Below are positions 10,200 through 17,472 of a stretch of DNA of 26,734 bases, piece by piece. A program made the translations under genes and the position numbers. The notes below the pieces were generated by a model. The model saw only the letters and a list, made by a program, of their open reading frames with translations, had not been told where the DNA came from and made no database searches. Positions within the stretch are counted from its first letter, which is position 1. Each line of letters opens with the position of its first letter. The DNA lies in the IMG/VR virus record IMGVR_UViG_3300046786_000537, positions 1-26,734 of that record. One strand, written 5' to 3'. This DNA comes from a virus. Its lineage: Duplodnaviria; Caudoviricetes.

Positions 10200-10643
10200 A
10201 TGGCAACATTTATAAGATTAAAACAAATAGAAAGTGGTTCATCATTACAACAAGCAGCAGCAACTGGTGCAGATTTTTCTGCATCTGTTAATGAAATTGT
10301 TAGTCAATCAATAGAAACAACTTTATCACAATCAATTGTAAACATAATTGTAAATAATGTTTCAGCAGTATTGCCAGATGGTATAATATCATCTTCTACA
10401 CAAATAAATCTTTCACAAGCAAGTGGAAATATATCATCATCTCAAATTGTTGGTGAAATTCTTGCAAACGCAATTGATTTTGCAGATGTTACAAATAAAC
10501 CAACATTAGTTTCAGGTTCTGCACAAGTTATTGGTATATTGGATTCACTAAACCAATTCACTGGTTCATTGAACGATACATATGCAACCGATGCAGAATT
10601 AACTACGACATCATCCCTAATTGTAGACCAGGGTGAGTGGTAA
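10200..10643 (+). CDS. Small fibre-associated structural protein ending in DQGEW (147 aa)
   Basis: Shares motifs with neighbouring fibres (FADVTNKPTLVSGSAQV, LNQFTGS, DTYATD). C-terminal D-x-G-x-aromatic motif. Confidence 0.65.
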   Translation: MATFIRLKQIESGSSLQQAAATGADFSASVNEIVSQSIETTLSQSIVNIIVNNVSAVLPDGIISSSTQINLSQASGNISSSQIVGEILANAIDFADVTNKPTLVSGSAQVIGILDSLNQFTGSLNDTYATDAELTTTSSLIVDQGEW

Positions 10644-10682
10644 AAATAATATATTTTTATTTAACGGTTAAGAATAAAAAAC

Positions 10683-10692
10683 GATATTTATA
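10683..10692 (+). promoter_or_regulatory. Putative late promoter motif GATATTTATA
   Basis: Intergenic, upstream of ATG 10729. Confidence 0.6.
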
Positions 10693-10728
10693 GATTGAGA
10701 ATAAAACGAGAATAACCAAAAACAAAAT

Positions 10729-13410
10729 ATGGCACAAATAATTAAACACAGAAGAGGTAGTTTAGAATCCCTAAGCACCGTAACTGGCTCATTACAAAAG
10801 GGTGAGATAGTAATAGCATCGGGTTCAACCAACCTAACTGCCTCCAATGGTAATGCTATTACCTTTGTTGTTCCTGCTGACGGAACAGTTCAAGCAACTA
10901 ACCGAATTATAAGAGGAACTACTGCACCAAACACATTTGCAGGTTCAACTTATGGTGGAATGTTGAATGGTGTTCCATTTTATGCAAGTTCTTCAACACA
11001 ACTACCAACTTTATTTTTATTAGGTCAAGATGGTAATGAAGCGATAAATTTAGTAGGTAACATTCAACCGTTTTCACAATCGGTTGCAACATCAATAAAT
11101 GCATTATCTGCATCAATTGGTAGTGGAACAATTGGAACTTCGGTATCTGCGTTAAATACATTCTCAGGAGCGGTTCTTACTCAATTGGCAACTATTGGTA
11201 CGGTAACTGCATCTTATGATGGTAGATTTACATCGTTAGCAACAATAAGTGGTTCGTTAATTTCAACGGCATCTGCTAACACAGTTTCTATTTCTAATTT
11301 AAATACATTTAGTGCATCCGAAAATAGTAAAGCTGCAACATTAGCAACTTACACGGGTTCGGTTGAAACTAGATTAACTCAAATTGGAGTAGTTACTGGT
11401 TCTTTAATAACATCTGCTTCAAATGATGCTATTAGTATTTCAAACATAAATACATTTAGTGCATCGCAGGTAAGTAAAGATGCTACATTAGCAACTTATA
11501 CTGGTTCGGTTGATACCAAATTCTCTACATTAGGTACATATACTGCTTCATTAGAAACTAAAAATAGTGCATTATCAACTGTTACTGCTTCTTTAATTGC
11601 ATCTGCATCGGCGGCAGCAATATCGGTAGCAAACTTAAATAGTGCATCTGGTTCGTATTCAAAATTAAGTGGTGGTAATGTATTTAGTGGACAGCAAGTA
11701 ATTAGTGGTTCATTATATGTAACTGCGGACTTGGTTGTACAAGGTTCATCTTCGATACAAAACATTACTTCTTCGAATTTAACTCTTGGAGCAGCATTTG
11801 TAACTTTAAACACCGCAACTCCAATATCGAGATATGCAGGATTAAACATTATAGATAGTGGTTCATCGGGTGGTTCTGCTTCATTGTGGTATGACTCGGT
11901 ACAAGATGAATTTATCCAAGTTCACAGAGGAAACGGTGTAAATATAACATCATCTCACTTTGTACAAGGTCCACAAACATATGATAGTTTAGGTAACGAA
12001 TTATATTTAACAAATAATAGATTAGTTAAAGGTACTGGCTTAGAACACATCGTTGACTCAACAATTACAGATGATGGAACTACGGTATCATTCACTGGTA
12101 ATTTAGATGTAACGGGTTCTATTAAAGCACCTCAGTTAAATGCAATTGCAACGATTACCGGTTCATTAATTTTATCAGCATCAGCAGATAGAGTTTCTAT
12201 TACAAACTTAAATACATTTAGTGCATCTGCATTAACTAGATTATCAAGTTTAGAGACAACTTCTGCAAGTGTAAATACTTCGGTAGCTGCTTTAAATGCA
12301 TATACATCATCTAATACTTCTACAACTGCATTAAACGCATTTACTGCATCGGCAGAAAGTAGATTTACAACATTAGCAAATGTAACGGCATCATTGAATG
12401 CATCATCTGCTTCTCAACAAATTAGTATTGATGCTTTAAACTCATTCTCATCATCACAATTAGGAAAAGATGCTACATTAGCAACTTATACGGCATCTGT
12501 TGATGGAAGATTTACAACAATCGGTTCAGTAACTGCTTCTTATGATGGTAGATTTACAACATTATCAAATGTAACTGCATCGTTAAACGCATCATCTGCT
12601 TCTCAACAAATTAGTATCGATGCTTTAAATACATTTAGTGCATCTGAAAATAGTAAAGCCGCAACATTAGCAACTTATACCGCATCGGTTGACGGTAGAT
12701 TTACAACCATTGGTTCAGTAACTGCATCTTACGATGGACGTTTCACTTCATTGGCAACCATAACTGGTTCATTGATTTCTACGGCATCTGCTAATACAAT
12801 TTCAATAGCCAACATTAACTCAGTAACTGCATCTTCATTAGGTAGATTATCTAATTTAGAAACAACTTCTGCAAGTGTTAATAATAGTGTTTCCAATATC
12901 AATACTTTCACTTCTTCTGCAAACAGTAGAATTACAGTATTAGAAGGAACTGGTACTAAACAAGGAGTTGGAACTACAAACGATGTAACATTCAACAAAG
13001 TAACAACCGCAGGTGATGTTGTAGTTGGTGGTGATTTAGTAGTACAAGGTAACACAGTAACATTAAATACCGCAACATTAGTAGTTGAAGATAAGTTAAT
13101 AACATTAGCAAGTGGTTCAACAAATGCGGCAGCTGCAAACGGAGCGGGTATTGAGGTAGCAGGGGCAACTGCAACTATTACTTACCAATCTACTCCTGAT
13201 GCTTGGCAGTTTAACAAACCAATCACAGGTTCGGCAGTAACTGCATCTCTAAATGTTCCATCTGGTGGTGGTAACTCAAAGAGAATTGCATTTAGAGATA
13301 CAAACGATAACATCAACTTTGTAACTGCACCAACAACTGCGGGAGATTTACTACAATACGATGGTTCTAACTTTGTAATGAGTAATACAATAGACGGAGG
13401 TTCGTTCTAA
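10729..13410 (+). CDS. Coiled-coil tail fibre with N-terminal RRG..GE docking domain (893 aa)
   Basis: MAQIIKHRRGS...LQKGEIVI N-terminus (Mtd_N/gp37-N-like), long runs of regular heptads, GDLVVQGNTVTLNTATLVVEDKLITL module. Ends IDGGSF. Confidence 0.8.
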   Translation: MAQIIKHRRGSLESLSTVTGSLQKGEIVIASGSTNLTASNGNAITFVVPADGTVQATNRIIRGTTAPNTFAGSTYGGMLNGVPFYASSSTQLPTLFLLGQDGNEAINLVGNIQPFSQSVATSINALSASIGSGTIGTSVSALNTFSGAVLTQLATIGTVTASYDGRFTSLATISGSLISTASANTVSISNLNTFSASENSKAATLATYTGSVETRLTQIGVVTGSLITSASNDAISISNINTFSASQVSKDATLATYTGSVDTKFSTLGTYTASLETKNSALSTVTASLIASASAAAISVANLNSASGSYSKLSGGNVFSGQQVISGSLYVTADLVVQGSSSIQNITSSNLTLGAAFVTLNTATPISRYAGLNIIDSGSSGGSASLWYDSVQDEFIQVHRGNGVNITSSHFVQGPQTYDSLGNELYLTNNRLVKGTGLEHIVDSTITDDGTTVSFTGNLDVTGSIKAPQLNAIATITGSLILSASADRVSITNLNTFSASALTRLSSLETTSASVNTSVAALNAYTSSNTSTTALNAFTASAESRFTTLANVTASLNASSASQQISIDALNSFSSSQLGKDATLATYTASVDGRFTTIGSVTASYDGRFTTLSNVTASLNASSASQQISIDALNTFSASENSKAATLATYTASVDGRFTTIGSVTASYDGRFTSLATITGSLISTASANTISIANINSVTASSLGRLSNLETTSASVNNSVSNINTFTSSANSRITVLEGTGTKQGVGTTNDVTFNKVTTAGDVVVGGDLVVQGNTVTLNTATLVVEDKLITLASGSTNAAAANGAGIEVAGATATITYQSTPDAWQFNKPITGSAVTASLNVPSGGGNSKRIAFRDTNDNINFVTAPTTAGDLLQYDGSNFVMSNTIDGGSF
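11704..12081 (+). repeat. 378-nt (126-aa) module, copy 1, shared with 18388..18765
   Basis: Gap-free, highly similar protein segments (RYAGLNIIDSGSSGGSASLWYDxVQDEFIQVHRGNG...YLTNNRLVKGTGLEHIVDS). Confidence 0.9.
12361..12738 (+). repeat. Tandem duplication 2 x 189 nt (63 aa = 9 heptads)
   Basis: Units start at 12361 and 12550: RFTTLxNVTASLNASSASQQISIDALN...ATLATYTASVDGRFTTIGSVTASYDG. Confidence 0.9.
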
Positions 13411-13418
13411 TATAAAAT

Positions 13419-13448
13419 ACCCCCCTGAAATATGGGGGGTTTAATTTT
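13419..13448 (+). terminator. Intrinsic terminator
   Basis: ACCCCCC-tgaaatat-GGGGGGT hairpin followed by TTAATTTT, just after the stop at 13410. Confidence 0.7.
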
Positions 13449-13471
13449 CTAACGAACTAAAACAAACCAAA

Positions 13472-14119
13472 ATGGCTCAAAATATATTATTAAAACGCTC
13501 TGGTGTAGCAGGTAAAACCCCAACAACGGCTTCTTTAAGCGTTGGGGAAATTGCAATAAACACATATGACGGTAAAGTTTTTATCCACAAATCTGGTTCT
13601 GTTGATACTATTGAGCAAATTGTAGTAACTAACACCATTGTTACAGGTTCGATAACTTTAACAAGAACAGGTTCATTTGGAGAATTAGTTGTAAGTAATG
13701 ATGCAAATGTTGCCGGTGGTGTTTATGTAACTGGTGATATTGTTGGAAACGGTGATATTGATATTGCAGGTGCAGTATCAGCATCAATTGTATCGGCATC
13801 TGCATATGTTGGTAATGGTAGTGGATTAACTGGCATCACTGCTTCAATGAGACCTGATGATTTTGATTTTAATTCAGAACCATTCGCAGGAACAATTGGA
13901 TACATACAAGGTAGTGGTTCTCTTTACAAAGTAGCAACTACAAACAATGCAGTTGAATTTAGATATAACGAAGAATTAAGAGGAACATTTACAACAACGA
14001 ATGGTTTTAGTGGTTCTCTTTACGGAATTGGTGATGTATTATCATTTAGTGGTTCGGTAGCAACAAGATTGGCAAATTTAGAAGCATCGGCATCTTTATT
14101 AGATGCAGGACAATTTTAA
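13472..14119 (+). CDS. Short fibre/connector with T4 gp37-like N-terminal domain (215 aa)
   Basis: ILLKRSGVAGKTPTTASLSVGEIAINTYDGKVF closely parallels the T4 gp37 N-terminus as recalled ([29 protein letters not shown]). Ends LLDAGQF. Confidence 0.75.
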   Translation: MAQNILLKRSGVAGKTPTTASLSVGEIAINTYDGKVFIHKSGSVDTIEQIVVTNTIVTGSITLTRTGSFGELVVSNDANVAGGVYVTGDIVGNGDIDIAGAVSASIVSASAYVGNGSGLTGITASMRPDDFDFNSEPFAGTIGYIQGSGSLYKVATTNNAVEFRYNEELRGTFTTTNGFSGSLYGIGDVLSFSGSVATRLANLEASASLLDAGQF

Positions 14120-14136
14120 GTTTAAATAAAAAATAT

Positions 14137-14146
14137 TATATTTATA
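14137..14146 (+). promoter_or_regulatory. Putative late promoter motif TATATTTATA
   Basis: Intergenic, upstream of ATG 14206, abutting a terminator stem. Confidence 0.5.
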
Positions 14147-14175
14147 AGGGTGGTATATATATACTACCCTTTTTT
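14146..14175 (+). terminator. Intrinsic terminator overlapping a putative promoter motif
   Basis: 11-bp stem AAGGGTGGTAT/ATACTACCCTT (one G-U pair), ATAT loop, then a T run. Confidence 0.7.
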
Positions 14176-14205
14176 GTTATATAACATTCAATAGAATCCA
14201 TATAT

Positions 14206-14988
14206 ATGGCTCAAAGTATTATACTTAAACGCTCTGCCACCGCTGGTAAAGTGCCTACTACCTCATCTTTAAGTGTTGGTGAGTTGGCAATAAATACTTA
14301 CGATGGTAAGATTTTCTTCAACCGTTCAGGGTCAGTAAATTCTATTCAAAGTGTTTTAACAACAGATTCAACAACAACTGGTTCAATTACTCTAACTCAA
14401 ACTGGCTCATTTGGTGAATTAGTAGTAACACAAGATGCAAATTTAAGAAGAGATTTGTATGTTGTTAGAGATATTATCACAAATGGTAATATTGATATTA
14501 GTGGTAGTATTACAGGTAGTTCATTATTAGTAGAAACCAATGGAACGGTAAATGGAAATTTAACCGTATTGGGTTCAATCAACGCAAGACAATTCAATAT
14601 AGGTGTCATTTCATCATCTATTATGTACACATCGGGTTCTAATAAATTCGGTGATACTGGTGATGATACACATCAATTCACAGGTTCAGTTTCGGTAAGT
14701 GGTTCATTTTCTGTAAATGGAACGGCAGTTGGAGTAGCACCAGGACCAAACACATATGATTTTAATTTAGACCCATCTGCGGCAGGTACGGTAAACTATA
14801 TTCAAGATTCAACTGGTAATAGTTTTGTAATAGCACAAACGGGTTCAATTGATGTAAAAATAAACAATAGTACATTTGTTTCAGTTAGTCAAACTGCAAT
14901 CAATGTAACTACTGGTAGTATAACGGCAAATTATATGCATTTAGCAAAATACATATCAACTGCGGGAGATTTGGATTTTAATATTTAA
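14206..14988 (+). CDS. Short fibre/connector, paralog of 13472..14119 (260 aa)
   Basis: IILKRSATAGKVPTTSSLSVGELAINTYDGKIF N-terminus. Shares TGSITLTxTGSFGELVV and DFN..P.AGT..YIQ with the paralog. SGSNKFGDTGDDTHQFTGS module. Ends DLDFNI. Confidence 0.75.
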   Translation: MAQSIILKRSATAGKVPTTSSLSVGELAINTYDGKIFFNRSGSVNSIQSVLTTDSTTTGSITLTQTGSFGELVVTQDANLRRDLYVVRDIITNGNIDISGSITGSSLLVETNGTVNGNLTVLGSINARQFNIGVISSSIMYTSGSNKFGDTGDDTHQFTGSVSVSGSFSVNGTAVGVAPGPNTYDFNLDPSAAGTVNYIQDSTGNSFVIAQTGSIDVKINNSTFVSVSQTAINVTTGSITANYMHLAKYISTAGDLDFNI

Positions 14989-14989
14989 A

Positions 14990-14999
14990 GATATTTATA
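14990..14999 (+). promoter_or_regulatory. Putative late promoter motif GATATTTATA
   Basis: In the 30-nt gap before ATG 15019. Confidence 0.6.
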
Positions 15000-15018
15000 A
15001 GAAACATAAAAGTATAAA

Positions 15019-17409
15019 ATGGCAACATTATTTCAAATAAGGAGAGGTTCGGGTTCAATATCATTAGTTGATGGCGAAATATACTTACATAAAGGGTTTA
15101 ACTCCTTACAGGTATCATCGGGAACTACACCAATAACATTAGTAAAACTAAATGATATAAACTCTGGTTCACTTTATTTGGGTGGAAATATAACCGCATC
15201 AAATGCTTATTTTAGTGGAGATGTTGCAATTTCGGGTAATTTATTTTTAGGAAACAATACCGGAGATAACATTAGTGTTCCTGGTGTATTTACAAGTAAT
15301 TTAGTTCCAGGTACAAATGGAACTTTGGATTTAGGTACAAGTGGTGCAAAATGGAGAACGATATGGGCAAATAGTGTTACCGCATCTTTATCAGGTAGTG
15401 TAAATGGTATTGATATTACTGTATTAAATCAAAGAGCAACTTCATTAGAAACTACATCTGCTTCATTAGAAACAAGAGCAACTGCATTAGCAACTATTAC
15501 AGGTTCTTTAATCAGTTCGGCATCTTCATTTGAAAGTAGAAATGTAAGTTTAGCAACTATTACGGGTTCGTTAATCAGTTCGGCATCTTCATTTGAAAGT
15601 AGATTTGCAACATTACAAACTACAACTGCATCATATAATTCAAGATTTGATGAAATTGGTGTAATTAGTGGGTCTTTAATTCAAACTGCATCTTTAAATA
15701 CAATTGCAATTGCAAACTTAAATACTGAAACTGCAAGTTTAGAAAGTAGAGCAATTGGTTTAGCAACAATTACTGGTTCTCTTATCTCAACTGCTTCGTT
15801 GAATACAATTGCAATTGTAAACTTAAATACAGAAACTGCTAGTTTAGAAAGTAGAGCAACTGCATTGGCAACAATTACGGGTTCTTTAATTTTATCAGCA
15901 TCTGCTGACAGAATTTCAATAACTAACCTAAATACAGAAACTGCTAGTTTAGAAAGTAGAGCAGTTAGTTTGGCAACAATTAGTGGTTCGTTGATTTTAA
16001 CTGCTTCCAATCACGAACAAAGATTAGGTAGTTTACAATCATACACATCATCATTAAATACTGCAATCCAACTGACAGGTTCAACTGTTTCGTTTTTGGG
16101 AGATATTGTAGTTTATGGTACTCAATCAATCATCAACTCTACAAACTTAGCAGTTGCTGATAATTTAATATATTTAAATGTTTCATCATCTACTACTGAT
16201 GTTGATTTGGGTATTATTGGACACTACAACGATGGGGTATATGCTCATAGTGGTATTTTTAGAGATGCAAGTGATAGTGGAATTTGGAAGGTATTTAAAG
16301 GATTAACACCTGAAACATCTGGAACAGTTGATACTACACATGCTTCATTCCGTTATGCAGATTTTGCAGCAAATAATATTAGTGCATCATCTTTAACTGG
16401 TATTGGAAACATTACTGCATATTCTCAATCAACGGCAGTACACTTAAACAATTTAGAAACAAAATCGGGAAGTGTAGATAATTCTGTATCTTTATTGGGT
16501 CAATTTACTCAATCAGAAACGGGTAAAAATTCTACATTACAAACCTATACATCATCTGTAAATAGTGATTTAACAAGTATTCATCAAACAACTGCTTCGT
16601 TAAATTCATTTAGTGCAAGTGTAACATCTTCATTGGTATCAGTTTATCAAACTACGGCATCGTTAAACTTATTTAGTGCAAGTGTAACATCTTCATTAGT
16701 ATCGATTTATCAAACAACTGCTTCGTTAAATGTAGCAAGTGCATCTTTACAATCGTTTAGTTCTTCTACACTTTTAAGATTAACTGCATTAGAAACGGAG
16801 ACGGGTAGTTTAGAAGGTAGAGCAAACAGTTTAGCAACTATAACTGGTTCGTTAATCACAACTGCATCACTTAATACAATTGCAATAACTAATTTAAATT
16901 TAGAAACGGCAAGTTTAGAAGGAAGAGCAACTGCAATTGCAACTATTACCGGTTCTTTAATCAGTTCAGCATCTTCATTTGAAAGTAGATTTGCAACATT
17001 AGGAACAGAAACTGCATCATTAGAAAGTAGAGCAACTGAAATTGGAATAGTAACTGCTTCTTTAATCAGTTCGGCAAGTTCATTTGAAAATAGATTAGGA
17101 ACAATAGGTAGTGTAACTGCTAGTTTTGAAGGAAGATTTACAACATTAGCACAAGTAACTGCTTCTATTCACCAATTCACATCATCGTTAAATACTTACA
17201 CAGGAGCAACGGAGATTAGATTAGATGATTTGGAATATACTGCATCTATTTCAGTAGGAGCAGGTTTAGCAGCAGAATTTACTAAAATAAACGCATTTAC
17301 TGCATCTACTAATACTAGATTGGATGCATTAGAATTATTCTCCGCATCATATGCACAGTATTTTACTTATAGTGGAAGTGAATTCCATATAGATTTTAAT
17401 ACAGTATAG
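15019..17409 (+). CDS. Coiled-coil tail fibre with N-terminal RRG..GE domain (796 aa)
   Basis: MATLFQIRRGSG..LVDGEIYL N-terminus. DLGTSGAKWRTIWA module. Heptad-based repeats of 21 and 35 aa. Ends HIDFNTV. Confidence 0.8.
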   Translation: MATLFQIRRGSGSISLVDGEIYLHKGFNSLQVSSGTTPITLVKLNDINSGSLYLGGNITASNAYFSGDVAISGNLFLGNNTGDNISVPGVFTSNLVPGTNGTLDLGTSGAKWRTIWANSVTASLSGSVNGIDITVLNQRATSLETTSASLETRATALATITGSLISSASSFESRNVSLATITGSLISSASSFESRFATLQTTTASYNSRFDEIGVISGSLIQTASLNTIAIANLNTETASLESRAIGLATITGSLISTASLNTIAIVNLNTETASLESRATALATITGSLILSASADRISITNLNTETASLESRAVSLATISGSLILTASNHEQRLGSLQSYTSSLNTAIQLTGSTVSFLGDIVVYGTQSIINSTNLAVADNLIYLNVSSSTTDVDLGIIGHYNDGVYAHSGIFRDASDSGIWKVFKGLTPETSGTVDTTHASFRYADFAANNISASSLTGIGNITAYSQSTAVHLNNLETKSGSVDNSVSLLGQFTQSETGKNSTLQTYTSSVNSDLTSIHQTTASLNSFSASVTSSLVSVYQTTASLNLFSASVTSSLVSIYQTTASLNVASASLQSFSSSTLLRLTALETETGSLEGRANSLATITGSLITTASLNTIAITNLNLETASLEGRATAIATITGSLISSASSFESRFATLGTETASLESRATEIGIVTASLISSASSFENRLGTIGSVTASFEGRFTTLAQVTASIHQFTSSLNTYTGATEIRLDDLEYTASISVGAGLAAEFTKINAFTASTNTRLDALELFSASYAQYFTYSGSEFHIDFNTV
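15487..15603 (+). repeat. Direct repeat with 63-nt period (LATITGSLISSASSFESR)
   Basis: Nearly identical DNA at 15487-15540 and 15550-15603. A further similar copy lies near 16939-16990. Confidence 0.85.
15664..15978 (+). repeat. Three 105-nt (35-aa = 5 heptad) tandem repeats
   Basis: I[ST]GSLIxxASxxxIxIxNLNTETASLESRAxxLAT x3. Confidence 0.8.
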
Positions 17410-17425
17410 TTTTAGAAAAAAATTA

Positions 17426-17435
17426 GATATTTATA
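17426..17435 (+). promoter_or_regulatory. Putative late promoter motif GATATTTATA
   Basis: Part of a 19-nt exact match (AAAAAATTAGATATTTATA, 17417-17435) with 25040-25058. Confidence 0.6.
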
Positions 17436-17472
17436 TAAACAAACATAATCGTACTAAAAAAAAGGTAACTAG

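Noticed and set aside
11299-17340. Ice-nucleation or antifreeze protein, suggested by Thr/Ala/Ser repeats
   Set aside because: The periodicity is heptad with a hydrophobic a/d core, and there are no AGYGST or regular TxT arrays. A coiled-coil fibre explains it better.
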